Shown here one piece after another: positions 47,568-61,299 of a stretch of DNA of 64,000 nucleotides (the stretch's first letter is position 1; every line of letters begins with the position of its first letter). Where the stretch lies: assembly GCA_001643675.2 (NCBI GenBank), contig LSRY02000065.1:1-64000 (forward strand), written 5' to 3'. This DNA comes from Monocercomonoides exilis PA203. Its lineage: Eukaryota > Protista > Preaxostyla. The translations under genes were made by a program, and so were the position numbers. Under the pieces are notes generated by a model. That model was not told the origin of the DNA, made no database searches, and worked only from the letters and a program-made list of their open reading frames with translations.

Positions 47568-48860
47568 GAAGAATTATAATAAAAAAGGATTAAAATATAT
47601 AAATTAATAAATAAAATAAATAAATTATTAATTCTACAAAAATCTTCAGACCTGCCAAGATTATCGTTCTGGTTATTATCCATTTCAAGAGGCTTCAATA
47701 AGGCTTCACAAAAAGATTTTGCGACTCGAAATTCATTGCTGTGACATTCATCAAAATTAATATTTATTCCAAAGCTCACAAAAAGATTTATCTAAAATTT
47801 TGCAAACTTTGAGAATAATCTAACAAGATATGAATGAAAATCTCCGAACAATGATTTTTGACTATTTTTTGGTTCGCTTGACACTTTTGAATGAAGTGTG
47901 TATGGAAGATTGCATTCTGTCATCTTCTTCATTGCTGTTGCAACTAAATCCACAGATGGCGCCTTTCCGTTGCTTGCAACTGGTAATTTTAATAAAAGTT
48001 GAAAAGAAGAGAAAATATTTGCTCATAAGAAAAACAATGATTCATCTACAGCTGCAATTCGTACCATGTCTTATCTCTGTCTCTCCATTGGTTTGAGAAA
48101 ACGAAAGATGGAACGCATAAAATATGGAATGCATCGGAAAGGCAAATTTGCATGTGGAACGCACTTTCGAAAATTGCTCTAGTCCTTCATTTGTGCCAAT
48201 GACGATTGTCACATCGCGAGTCATTCGCTGAGTTTTGATTATTGATATCATTGAGAGCAATATTCCCACATTTATTAAATCTTAAATAAAAAAGTTACGC
48301 ATAGCCCAAAAAAATGTTCAAAATTAATCTATAAAATAATGCAAACCATCGTCGATTGATGATGTAATTAAAAAACTTTCAGATCCAGTTTCAGGGATCA
48401 ATGCAGGGATTGTAAACTGAAGATAAGCAGGTTTCGAAGAATTCTTAAGACTTGATGCAACTGTGTAATCAGATATCTGATTTTTTTCTAACTGTTCCAA
48501 AAGAAAGTGAAAAGTATCAACTGCTGTCAAATTTCTGTTTTATTTAATGATTTCAAAAAACGTCATTATAAATGAAAAAATGAAAAGCACACTCTGAAGT
48601 AATCATTTCATGAATTGCTAAAGCATCAGCTGCATAACTTTGAGTATATAAAGTTGTGAATCTTGCGTTTTTTACTGCATGATCACTTACTTCAAAAACT
48701 TCTCCTTTTTGCAAAAAAAGAAAAAAAAGTGCAACTGAAAATAAGAAAATTCTATTTAACAAAATAATCAATATCTTCTAATAACAATAAATACGAACTG
48801 TAAATGCTGATAAAACTTTAATGCACCAAGGCAACGTTTTATTGCAATTTGTTTAACCAT
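45916..48860 (-). CDS. GPAA1: Probable GPI transamidase subunit GAA1/GPAA1 (divergent, multi-exon)
   Basis: N-terminal TM followed by FEVSDHAV (cf. Y.SENAL), ETGSESFLI, GILLSMISII..RMTRDV (cf. W.KDI), GANHVWFL..INALT and NLLRSMDLMDTRFF...FFA.S...YLS (cf. RS.NNLLE..HQSFFFY), then several C-terminal TMs. The motif order matches GAA1. Confidence 0.62.
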
Positions 48861-48902
48861 AAAAATAAAATGGGATAAATATTGATTAAAATTGAGAATT
48901 GA

Positions 48903-50752
48903 TTATTGAGGAGACATCGGCCTATCATCATCAACAACAGTTGAAAAAATATGACTTTTGGAAACGAATTGTTGTAAAGGTGCTGATATAAGGCAGGGTA
49001 TGTGCTCAGACGGTCCACATTGAAAAGCAGATGTGAAGGGATTTGAATCAAAAATTTTCTCGCATTTTAACTGAGAAAAAACGTTTGAATTATTTGTGAT
49101 AAACTTTGGAAGGTCTGGCATTGAAGGGTACCGCTCTGCCACTTTCAGATATTTTTGGCGAGAGTATTTGATGGTTATTGAGCCAAGGTGCAAATTTGGA
49201 GAAGCAGCAAGTGAATTGGCAAAGTGATGAATTGCCACAATGCAGTCAACAAGCTCTGAAAGAGTATGGGAAGTGTAGTGCTCAAGTGTTGGTGTCTGAT
49301 AATAAAATAAAATAAAATAAATATTTAAAATTCATTATTTAACATTATCATTTCTTTATTCTTTTTTTTAACAAAAATTAAGCTGCACAAACCCAAATCT
49401 GTCCATAAAGCTCTTCTTCACTTTGGAATTCTCCCTGACCCGAAAATGGCATTTCTTCTTTGTCGACATTTTCCCCTTCTTTCTGAGAAATGGTGTGCTC
49501 CTTCAAAGTTGCTCTGTGCTGTGCTGAAAGAGTCGTGAAACAGGCAAGCCAAACAGAAGAAGCAGCAATTTCAGAGGGAAGGAAACACAACATGGAATGG
49601 TCAAGAAGAGAAAGTTCAAGATAATACTGTGTTTTGATATGCAGATTTATGTATTTATTGACAGTCATTCAAAATAAAATAAATAAAAAATTAATAAATT
49701 AATTACGTAATAAACACACAAATGCCAAAACAGGTGTATCTGGTGAGGCATAAGCAGTAGCCTTCAGAAATCGATGGATGAAATGATGGGGAGTAACAGC
49801 GCACAACGAAAAATGCAGCGTATTCAGCAAAAACTGTTCCATTTTCATCAGCTCTTCGCTCGTTACCGAAGAATCGCAGGCCCACAAGAACGAATCCTTC
49901 ACTGGAGGAATAACACTCTCCTCAAATTTCGCTGCGACAAACAGCGATGTAATCCCCAACAACTGCAGCCTTCCTCTTCGAACAGGAACAGCTGACAGGA
50001 ATCGATCGATAAAATTCACACACAAAAACAAAGTCTCAGGATGAAATCTAAACTCATTATTCACGTCGGCAAGCCAGTCAATTAGAACCGCACGCATAAA
50101 TGGGGTCAATGTCTTTTTTTGAACAGTGCTCATATAATTACAGAGAGGTCTGTTATTTATCTTTGAAATATTGAAAAGATGAGTTTCATACAAAAAAATT
50201 GATAATCTTGTAAATAAAATTCATCAAAAATAGAAAACCTCCTTATGTAATAGATTGAACATAATTACATTTGCATCGCACGATGGTATGAAGTCTTTTT
50301 TAGGACCTTTTTCATCAATATCAATAAATTCATTTTCATTTGATGGTTGAGATAAATAAGGAGGTATAGCAAAAAAAGGTTCCTTTCCAGGGGGTAAAAG
50401 CGCTCTTAATCTCTTTTGAAAAGTGCATCACAACGAGAATAACCAAAAAATTAAATAAAACGAAAAAAATTGCTTTTTATCTGCAAACATCTGTTTGAGT
50501 AAATTTCTTCCGAATAATCATAAAAACATGATCCTGTAAATCTTCAATTGATTCATCAGAAGATTCTCCCACTGTATATTCTATCATTTTCGATGGCAAA
50601 GGATATAATCCAAGATAATCATATAACTTCACAGATTTAATAAATTCTTCGAATGTAACGCAATCAATAAAATTTTCGTGGTGCGGATAATCTTCATTTT
50701 TTAGTGATTCCAACTTTTCAAAATTTTTAACTTTACATGGATCAATAGACAT
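48903..50752 (-). CDS. Mitotic cyclin (A/B-type), multi-exon
   Basis: Cyclin box MRAVLIDWLADV..EFRFHPETLFLCVNFIDRFLS...LQLLGITSLFVAAKFEE. C-terminal domain YYLELSLLD..ML.FLPSEIAASSVWLA and KYS..KY.KVA. Confidence 0.93.
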
Positions 50753-50830
50753 GAAAATACATGAAAATCAAGAAATCTATTTCTTGTTAAGGTTATCTGC
50801 CCTTTATAAATTTTTTATTTTTTATTTTTG

Positions 50831-52228
50831 ATGAGCTTTGCTTTTAATGGAGAGAAGCCTCATGTTCTTTTCAAGAACAGAGAAGAATGGAAAGACGTTG
50901 TACCAATAAAGCAGGATGATGGACCAACGCCTGTTGTTCGCATTCAATACACTGAGGAATGTTTGTAATTTTTAAATGATCATAATTTTTCGTTATAATG
51001 TTTGATTTACAACATATAATCATGTGAACATTTCAATTATCATGAATGATATTTATTTCATAGATGAGGATGCCATGGATTATTTTCGTGGAATTATTGC
51101 GAAAAAAGAATACAGTGAAAGAGCAAAACAGTTAACGGAAGAATTGATAATGTTATGTCCTGCAAATTACAACATCTGGTTTGTATTGTTTTTTAAAATG
51201 CATTTCATTATTGGTTTTTATTCATTTATTTATAGGAAATATCGAAGGGATATTATTGAACATCTGAATGAAAGTGGTCTTATGGAATTTCCTTTCATTG
51301 AAAAAGTCTGCATGACAGGAACTAAAAATTATCAACTTTGGTTTCATCGTCAATGGACAGTCATGAGAACAAAGTTCACCGAAAACGAGCTGAAGTTTAC
51401 TGAAGAAATTATTTCACAAGATGCGAAGCACTACCATGCATGGGCATATCGGCAATGGTTTTTAGACCATTACGGAGGATGGGATGGAGAATTTGAATAC
51501 ACTTATAAATTGATTCAAGAAGATCCTTTCAATAACTCAGCTTGGAATCAACGGTTCCAAGCACTTATGCACATCACTCCTTCTTCTTCAAAAACAAACA
51601 AAGCTGAAATTCCTTCTCAAGACTCTTCTGCAGGCTGCACATCTTCAGCCACGCCGTCGAGTCCGGATGAGAAGGCAGCCACTGGATTGCTGGTGAGTAA
51701 CCGCCGCATTGGGCTTCTGAACGACATTTCGCGTGTGAAAGAGGAGATTGCCTTTGCTGCCTCAATCATCATCAGCCAGAAGTCGAAAGCTCTTCAGAAC
51801 AACGAGTCCGCTTGGAATTTCATTCGCGGGTTTTTCACTCGCTGCGGTGCTGGCTATAAATATGCAGAAATACCTGAAGCAACACGCTTTGCTGAGGCTG
51901 TTGCAGTGAAAAACCCGATGTGCAGATGCGCTGTCGGGATTCTTGTGGATGCGTGTGTGGAAAAGAATACAGTTAATTCACTTTTAGAAGCCAAAGAGGT
52001 TTGATTTTTTTTTTTATTGTATTATAATTGTTATTGTTGAAATATTATTATTTTTATGATTACAAAAAATTTCTGAAATTTAATTTTCTATTTCCTTCGA
52101 ATTTTATATTCATTTAGTATTGCACTGCACTTGCAGATGGAATTGATATCATTCGCAGAAATTATTGGCTTAACAGAAGGGACGTTGAAATTGAATTAAA
52201 ATTGAAAGCTTTAGAAATTGAGAATTGA
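50831..52228 (+). CDS. FNTA: Protein farnesyltransferase/geranylgeranyltransferase-I alpha subunit
   Basis: EWKDVVPIKQDDGPTPVVRIQY, AMDYFR, and PPTA repeats (PANYNIW.YRR, KNYQLWFHRQW, DAKHYHAWAYRQW, DPFNNSAWNQR, NESAWNFIRG). Last exon DIIRRNYW. Confidence 0.93.
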
Positions 52229-52736
52229 AAATCATGGGGTGATTCTGTATCATTTTATTTCTAATGTACATTTCAAATAGTTGTATATATAATTTTGTAT
52301 TTAAATGAAATATTTGTTGTGGATTGAAAAGATTCTTTTTGATCAATATGCTCCATATTTATAATTATTATCGGTAAAAATTGACTGATCCCACAATTTA
52401 ACGTAAATTGAAGTTTTCTTTTGTTTTTCTGGAGGTAATGCAATCTTCCGACGCTGAACTTATTATAGGAATACCTGCAGAAAAAACTCAAAATGCAGAA
52501 ACTTTGTTTGGAATTGCGTTGTTTTGGATATTTTCCAAGATCTTTTTGATATGTATATTTAATATTTATTTTATATTTCATGCAGAAAAAAGAGTTCAGC
52601 TGAAGATAAACAACCAGCTGCTAAAACGGTTTCTCCTTTTGAAGGAGCATCCTCTTCTTCAAGCGTTTGTACATCACCATGCCCAATAACATATTATCAA
52701 TCAAAATCCAAACATTCACCACTCTCCAAAAATAAA

Positions 52737-53294
52737 ATGGAATACGAAGTTTCCATTATGCAAGCTCCAGATGCTTGGATAGAAGTTGTATCCCAGCACG
52801 TTTGCGTCTTACTTGCTGTTGCTCTACCAAACCTCATCAATTCAAAAAGGCATCACAATGCAGGAAAAGAGAAAATTGTAATCGAACTTTCTGATGAAGG
52901 ATTAGACATGCATGGAAAAGTACAGCACTTTTATAGATACATTCGAGACGGAACAAAGTTAACAACTGGAGAGCTTGTTCATTCTTATGTTCTTTTAGAA
53001 CATCTCATGAGAGCTGAGTCAAAAGAATTGAGCGAAGGAAGGCAAACAATGATAGCTGAATCTAACCTCGGTACGTTATTACTTTGCGTTGTCATGATTG
53101 CCATAAAGCTTGATCGAGATGTTCCGTTTCGTAATGGATGGTGGGCTGCCATGTTTAAAGTGCCGTTAGATGTTTTGAATCAATCCGAAGTTATCTTTCT
53201 TGAACGAGTAAATCACCACACTTTCTTAGAAGAAACGGATTACAAAGCTCTTTTTCACAAATTCACTTCATCTCTTCGCATTCAACGTTGCTGA
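52737..53294 (+). CDS. Pho80/P(U)-type cyclin-like protein, 185 aa
   Basis: LLLCVVMIAIKLDRDVPFRNGWWAAMFKVPLDVLNQSEVIFLERVNH matches the Pho80/Pcl cyclin box pattern. Confidence 0.78.
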   Translation: MEYEVSIMQAPDAWIEVVSQHVCVLLAVALPNLINSKRHHNAGKEKIVIELSDEGLDMHGKVQHFYRYIRDGTKLTTGELVHSYVLLEHLMRAESKELSEGRQTMIAESNLGTLLLCVVMIAIKLDRDVPFRNGWWAAMFKVPLDVLNQSEVIFLERVNHHTFLEETDYKALFHKFTSSLRIQRC

Positions 53295-54215
53295 TAATTT
53301 TTTGACGCACCGTGTGTTCTGTTAGTTGTTCATTGGGTTTTCTCTCTTCTATTACCTCCTGCATTTGAAGTATGCATCTATTTCACCTATGATGAAGCAT
53401 ATCTTCTATCACTATTTATGATGATTGTTTCACCCTCACCTATTCACATCACAGAAGTATATTCGCTCATTTCACTTTTAGTATCAGCTTGCATTGATTC
53501 CACACTAACTATTATGGTAATTTTATAATTCATTATTCGTTTTCTTCATTATTTGTATGTTTGTATATAATCATCTTTTTTTTTATCTTGATTCGTTATC
53601 TTCATTGTTTAATGGAAACTTTATGAAGGAAAGATTTTTTATAACCCGAGTTTTTTAACATTTTCATTTCGACTGTTTTGTTATATTTATTATGTTTTTT
53701 GTGTTTTTATTTTTGTTCTCTTTTTTTTTCACTTTCTTTTCTTTTCTTTTCTTTTTAAACAAAATTTACATTCAAAATTTGTTTTACGTGTATTTGTGTT
53801 TTCTCTCGTATGCTTTCGTTTTTCGATTTTTCGATATATTATTTTGTTTTGTTTTGTTTTTTATTGTTTTTTGATTATTTTTTTGAAGCACGGAGAGAGA
53901 TATCATTCTCCAGAAGTATGTTTGAGTTGTAACCTCACCGCTGATGGTTATTTTTTCTTATAAGTTTTCCCAAAAGCAATATCATTGAAGTGGATATTGA
54001 AGTGAAATAAGCCAAAAGGCAAACTTAAAAGATGTCAAATTACATTGTAAAAACAATCAAACTGAAGAAAACAAAGAAACTTTAAAAAAAAAAAAATGAT
54101 AAAGTTATTACAACAAAAATATGAACGAATAATACTTTTAAAAAAAATGTTAATAAAAGAAAGAAAAAAAGAAAGAAATACTGGAGAAATATAATAGTTG
54201 TGTTGATCTAATTTT

Positions 54216-57200
54216 CTAAAAGAAAACGAGAGGAGGTGTGGGAGTATTGGCAGACTGAGACGATTGGCTTTTATTTGTATCCATTTCAGAAGAAGAATTA
54301 AATGAAGAAGAAGAAGAAGAATTGGAAGAAGAACTAGAACTCATTGAAAGATCAGGTTGAGTCTGCTTGAACACAGAAGGTGTGGCTGAAGCAGATGATG
54401 AACTGAACAAATCTTTGTTCCCTTTCGAAATATACGACACCCCACCGTTGTCTGCCGAGTAATGCCATGTCGTCCCATCCGTCGCATCCTGAAACTCTGT
54501 GCTCCAATCACCTCTTCCTCCTCCTCCTCCTCCTCCTCCTCCTCCCTCTTCTTCCTCCTCTAAATTATTCATCATCATCATTCCACTCCCTCCTCCTCTT
54601 GTATTCACCCCTTTCCCCACGTGCTCATCCACCCCCATCTCCTGCATCACCCTCCCCACCCTTCCTTCTCCTTCTCCTTCTCCTCTTCCTCCTCCTCTTC
54701 CTCCTCCGCCCTCTTCAGCTCTCCTCATCAGCATCACCGCGCTCGCCTCCGCCGCCAGCGCCTTCCCCTTCCTCGTCAGCTCCTCATCCACCTCTGAGTC
54801 CACGCCAAAGCGCTTAATTCGGAAGCAGCTCAGAATGCGGTCAACCACATTGAAGGCAGCCAGCGCCACGACGACGATGATGGCGATGGGAAAGTAGGCA
54901 ACAAAGCCATTCCCCACAAGAGGAGCGACTTTCATCACAGACACGACTGAGGCGTAGACGGTGAGGGGAGTGTCTTCAGAAGAGGAAGAAGAGGAAGATA
55001 AAGAAAAGTTAGATGAAGAAGAAGAAGAATTTAATAAAGAAACGAATGAAGAAACAAATGAAGAAGAAACAAAAGAAGAAGCAGGATTTTCACTCTGAAT
55101 CTTACACCAGTCAGCGTTGCAAGTGTTGGCGTGAAGGAAGACAAGCACGTTTTGGCAGAGGGGCGCGATAAGCATGGACGAGTAGCAGGCGAAGAAGAAG
55201 AGAGAAGGCGGGTCAGACAAGCCAGGGACGAGGTGGTAGTAATTAAACAGCCGCAGCCTCACGAGCATTGACAAAGAGCAGAAGGCCAAGTAGCACATGA
55301 GGAGGAAGACGAGGAGCTCCTGCAAAGAGCCAAAGGCTTCGATGTGGAGGAGGAGGGAGAGGGGGGAGAGGTCGATGGTGTTGATAAACATGGTGGCTTC
55401 GCCCCAGACGATTAGAAGGCCGAGGAGAATGCTGAGGATGGACAGGGACTTCAGAAGGATGAGAGAGAGGGGGGAGTATTTGAAGAAGTCTGGGGGAGAA
55501 GGAGAAGGAGGAGGAGGAGAAGAAGAAGGGGGGGTTATTTATTTATTTAAAAGAGAAATTATTGAAAAGAAGAAGAAGAAAGAAGAAAGAAGAAAGAAGA
55601 AAGAAGAAAGAAGAAAGAAGAAAGAAGAAAGAAAGAAAAGAAATAAGTAATGAAAGAAATATAGAAAGAAAGAAATTGTGGGAAAAGAAAAAAATAATTA
55701 TTTTTTTTTTATTTGAGATGAATAAGAACAACCATTGTGCATACTTAGCAATTTTGTGGTGAATTTTCCTTCGTTTCCCTTTTGATACTTCAAAATCTCG
55801 TCATATGCTGAAACATGTCTGAAATAGTCGCTGTTATTCAAATATAAGCATTTAATAAAAACAAGCATAATAATTCAAATGTACAAATTAATAAATAAAT
55901 AAATATTCCAATTAAAAAAATTCACAATCTCCTTTATTTCCTTTTTTTTATTCATTTCTTTACTTCTTTCTTCTTCCTCTCCTCCTCCTCCTCCTCCTCC
56001 TCCTCCTCCTCCACCACCACCACCACCACACTGCTTCGCCTTTGCCAGTGCCCTCCTTGCCTTGAGCATTGCCCCGCGCAGACTCACCAGGTCTTTTATG
56101 CTCACCTCGTCGATCTCTTCATCCAGCTTCGCAAAGTCCTTGCCGCCCAGCTTCCTCTCCCTTCTCTTCTGGTGCTTGTCCACTTTCTTGCTGATGTCAT
56201 GGGAAAGATGCAAATTATGGTTCACATTCCGCAACTGGTTCGCCCCTAATTCGCAGTATTCAGAACACGCCTCGTACTGTTGGCGACGTTGTGGCGAGAC
56301 AGGGAATTTTTATTTTTTATTTTTTGTTCAAAAATAATGAATAAAAAAACATTATTAATATAAAAAAAAAGAAAAAATAGAAATAAGAAAGTTATTAAAT
56401 AAGAAAGTTAGAAAGAAAAGCAAGAAAAAGAAAAAAGATAAAGAAGAAGAAGAAGAGGAGGAAGAGGAGGAGGAGGAAGGAAGGGAAAAGGAAGGGAGAA
56501 GTGGAAAGAAAAAGGAAAAAGGTAGAGGAAGAAAAAGAAGAAAGAAAGAAAGAAAGAAATTTTTAAAAAAAAATGAAGTATTTTCAAATACATAATGCGA
56601 ACAGAATTATTGAATGAAAAGAGAAAGACAGAAGAGAAATATTCAAACCTCTTCTTGAAGATCAGCCAAATACACCCCAGCAAAGCTATCTTCATTGTAA
56701 TCTGCTACAATTGCTTCAACTTTCTAAAGGAGCAGAAATATTTTTTTTTTGAAGAAAGTCAATCATATTTTTCCTTATTCGATATATTAATAAAAAATTT
56801 TTGTTTTTAACCTTGCAAGCTGCTGTAAGTGATTCTTTCTGTTTTTGGATTTCATCATATCGCTTAGCAATAAAGAATGCATGATAATTCATTTGACTTT
56901 TCAGATTGCTCCGACGCCAAAGTTGTTTCGGTGTGTCGACCTTCAATGGAAAAATCAAATCGTGAATAGCAAGTTGAAAATCTTTCAAATAAATGAATAA
57001 AACCAATCCAAGTCCAAGAACTGCAATAAACAACAACATTTGAAAAAATGTTGCAATTGCAATGGCAAGTTGTTTTAAAGATTCACTGTAAAATAATTGC
57101 AAAAAAATCAAAAATTAAAGATATTGCAAAAACTGGTTAAGCATACAAAGTAAATGTTTTAATGCAAAGTAAAATAATGATTCCAATAAGAAGAAGTGAT

Positions 57201-57670
57201 CCTGCTACAACATAAAAGATAATATTATCTCTTAAGGATTGAAGGATTTTTTGCTTCACAGTAAATCCTCCGGAAGCGTAATAAGATTGGAAGAATGGAA
57301 TGATAACCCTAAGTGTTACACGTAATAATTAATTTCGTTCGATTAAAAAGGATTTCCCATACCAAACGTTCACAAAATTTGTCCAGTAAATGATATTCCA
57401 GACAATTAAAAAAGCAGTTCTATTCTCCAAAAAAGAAGAGAACTGAGGGCATGATTTGTTCGATGTTTTTTCACATTTGTGCTTCAAAAAAATATTGTAA
57501 TCAACCGGAAGGAGGCACAAATATGATAATGACAAAACAAAAGAAAAGACTACAAGGATAGTGGAAAGTTTTGGACTTGTACGAATGTTTCCATAATAGT
57601 GATAAAATAGAATTGAAAACAGGAGTACTAAGACCTCTGTAACGATAAATACAATTGAACCACTATCCAT
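54216..57670 (-). CDS. LMBR1-family multi-pass membrane protein (LMBRD2-like), multi-exon
   Basis: LCLLPVD, W.IIYW..F..W.IIPFFQSY..SG.FT, GLGLV..P..LWR, YL.FC...L..LRLFNYY.LVP, Y.PI.I.......FN...RIL motifs, with a low-complexity tail. Confidence 0.85.
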
Positions 57671-57718
57671 CTGATGGGATGAGCTGATCAATAACTTATT
57701 GGATTTTAAAAGTTTTCG

Positions 57719-58648
57719 ATGACTTCACCATCGTTAAAGTTTTCTTTTACAACTCCTTCAAGCTTAAAATCAACGCAAGATAGTACAGGTCGGAGCGTGT
57801 CTCCAACAAAGTTGCGCGTTCAGGAATTCCAACAACGTCTATCTTCTTTTGAAACAACACTTCATGAGAATCGTAACACTCATTTTCTTACCATAGAAAG
57901 TGATATAGAAGCTTTAAAATCACGATTAGCCGATCTTGAAGAAAGTGGAAAACAAAAAACATCCGAACTCCAAGCGCAAATTCGTTCTTTGAGTTCTTTC
58001 ATCGAGGAAGTTCAAGAGAATCGTCAAGCTCAAGAAAAAGAAACTGAAGAAAAGTGCGTAGATATGGAAAACCGTCTGCAAGAACTTCTTGACCAAGAAA
58101 TTGAGGTTTCTGCATTTTTTTAATATTTTAATAAAATTTTACATTTATTTAATTTTTTTAGGAAGGAGATGCTGCAATTGAAAAAGCAACTAATGATTCA
58201 GAAGATGCTTTAATAAAGTGCAAAGGAGAATTACAACAGTTACTCCAAGAGAGACAGGAACAAATGCAAGTTGATTTTCAGGCTCTTGATGAACAAATTC
58301 CTCTACTTCATCAAAAGTTGAAGAAAGAAAGAGAAGAAGAGGAAGAGTTTATTCGTCAATTAAAAATTAAAATGGCGCAAGAGTTAGAAGCGTTGAGAAA
58401 AGAAATTGAAGAAGAAAAAGAAGTATAATTTTTTTTCTTTATTTTTTTCTTTGTATTTTTAATTTAATTGTCTGTTGTAGGAACGGTTGAGAATGGAATC
58501 AAATGCAGAGAAAGCACTTGAGCAATTCAAATCATTTGCTGAAGAACAAATCATTCGAGAAAGGGAAGAAAGGATGGAAACTGAAAGAGCACTTGCTGAA
58601 TTATGGGCAAAGACTTGCGAGAAAATAGAAGCTGCCCAATCATTCTGA
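57719..58648 (+). CDS. Coiled-coil cytoskeletal protein, SF-assemblin/beta-giardin-like (3 exons)
   Basis: Ser/Pro/Thr-rich head, continuous segmented coiled coil, and C-terminal EREERMETERALAELWAKTCEKI. Introns at ~58107-58161 and ~58423-58480. Confidence 0.6.
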
Positions 58649-59480
58649 ATGGAAACTCTGATTAATTAGTTTATGAAACTTCTTCTTCATTTCGCGATGA
58701 GAACTTTTCTTTTCTTTTCTTTTCTTTTCTTTTCTTTTCTTTTTATTTTATTTTATTTTTTTTATTTTTTCTTTTCTTTTTTTCAATCTGTTGTGTCTGT
58801 GTTAGGAACGCCATTTTTATGTTGATGTAATTTATAAAATACATTTCATTTGTTTTTCGTTTTGTTAAGTACTTTTTTCATTTAAGAACATATGACTATT
58901 TCATTCTTTCATATTCATTTTTAAAATTGTTTTGCATTTTAATACCAGAAAAATGCAAACCATCAACTATTTATAGAAATGTTTCTTGAAATGTTTGTGA
59001 TCTGCATGAGCAAAAGACAAAAAGTTGATATTCAAAAAAAAAATTAAAAAAAAAATGAATAAACAAAATATCTATTGTCAGTTTTGAATTTGTCATGAAG
59101 CTTAATTTCTTAAGCAAAGGACAATTATGACTGTTGCTTTTTTTTTCTTTGATAAACAACATCTATCTCTCAATTCTCTTTGAAACGAAGCAATTTGAAA
59201 ATTTGAGTTTGACAACATAAACATTCAATTAATATGAAATAAATTTGCTCAATTTTGCATGTCTGAATAACCAGTATTTTGCTTTATTCTCTCATTTGTT
59301 CAAAATTTTCAACATAACTTTATAAATAAAGAAGAATAAAATAAAAATAAAACACACAAAACAGAAAAAAAAACACGCTCGCAAATAGAAACAAGAACAG
59401 AAGATTGAGGGCAAAAAAGATGCAAAATTGGGCTGTGTGAAAACAAATTCTTTACTGTAGAGAAACATGAACGATAAGCT

Positions 59481-60285
59481 TCAACTCCAGCACGTAGTTT
59501 TGTTGGGTTTTACATCAGCTTGAATGTCCACAACTCGTAGGCTATCATCATCTTCAATGGCTTTTCGACTTAAAACCGTTCGAATAATATCCATAAATAC
59601 TTGTTTGACAATTGCATTGTCTTTCGCTGAAAGTTCGAAATATGTCGTGTTGCCCTTTGATTCGCACCACTCCTCAGCTTTCCTTGCGGGCACAGCTCTC
59701 GATTCTTCCAGATCAGTTTTGTTCCCGATAACAAAAAATGGAAAATGCTTCGGCACTGGTGGATCACTCAAGCGCAGAAATTCGTCTCTCCAATATTCTA
59801 GTTTATTAAACGATTCTGGTGAAGTCACATCGTAAACAAGGATGCACACATCCACCTCTTTGCAATACAATCTCAAAAGAGATAGATATTCTTCACATCC
59901 ACCTGCGGTTTTCAAAGCAAAAAAATTTCCCAGATATTTTGAAAAAAATAGAATGAATCATTTGTTTTGAACTGTCGATGAAAGATAGAGCAAACATGTA
60001 TCATATATTTTGAGGATCACATTCCTTCCATCAACAACAACTTCCTGCACATTGCAAACATCAATCAAAATTTCGACAAATTGATGAATAAAAAAATCGT
60101 TCATTCCATATATTTGCTTCAAATGCTTAACGAATCTAGCAAACTTTTATCGCACAATCATCATGGATTGTCAAGTATTCATTATGAAATTTATCATGAA
60201 CAATTTGATAAAACAAAGATGTTTTCCCGACTCCATATTCGCCAAGCGCAATTACCTTCAATGAAACTGGCTTAGTTGATATCAT
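59481..60285 (-). CDS. Divergent Rab-family small GTPase (Rab7-like C-terminal half), 3 exons
   Basis: G1 GEYGVGKTS, G3 DTCGCE (spliced), LVYDVT, WRDEFL...FPFFVIGNKTDL (G4), ELSAK (G5). Confidence 0.88.
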
Positions 60286-61299
60286 TCCAGCGTTGATCTC
60301 GAAAACTCAATCTTTCTTCTTCACTTTTCACACTCAAAAAATTAGTTATGGCATCAATATTTTGGATTGTATTTCTGTATTATTTTTTAAACTGAAAGCT
60401 TCTTGAAATGTAATTTATGAATTTTCCTCTTCGCAAAACAACAATGTTTAAAACATTTTTATTTTCTTTCTTTTGGAAAAAAATAGAAACAACCAAACAC
60501 CAAAAAATCATCACAGATATGCAAAATATCGGCATGACCTTTGATCGTGGTATCTTTTTTAATCTGCCCCAATATCATGATAAAAAATTCAAATTGAATT
60601 TTTTTGTTTCATAAATTTGTTCAGAATAATGGAAATTGAAGAAAATTCCACTGAAATAAACTCTCCTCACATCTTATTTAAAACATTCAGCAACAGTGAA
60701 AGCAGTTCACACTGGTTATTTAATAATAAAATAATTTTCAATTCAAAGAAATGCTCACGATGAAACGAAGATATGTATTTCTACGCATATCCAACAGGAA
60801 TATTTATCGATCATTGCAGAAAATGCAAATAAAATAATTCTATTTTATTAAATGTGTGAATATTTTTGAAAAATCACCACAGATCAAAAAAGAGAACCAT
60901 TATTATTTATTGAAAAACTATTTCTAATCGACCTCACCATTCAAAGGCAAATTTTCGTTGAAAAAGAATTATATTGGAGCACAAGAATTATTTTTTGCGG
61001 ACTTTTTGAGTCATGTAAATTTTATTGTATTTTATGATCATATTGTATTCTATAAGATATTTTACGGAGAGTGTGATTCTTTCTGAAAAAATGAACAAAT
61101 TACGAAAAAGTTTCAATTATTGCAAATAAGAAGCACTTGTTTCAAGAATAACTCACAATATCTGTCAAAGTCTAATTCTTATAGTAAAAACAATTGTTGC
61201 ATTGAGAAACAAAGATGTTTTTAAGATTTTTTGATTTACAAAAAAATAACAAAAAAACATTCACACATTAGTAAAAAACGATTGGGAAAACATATTAAT

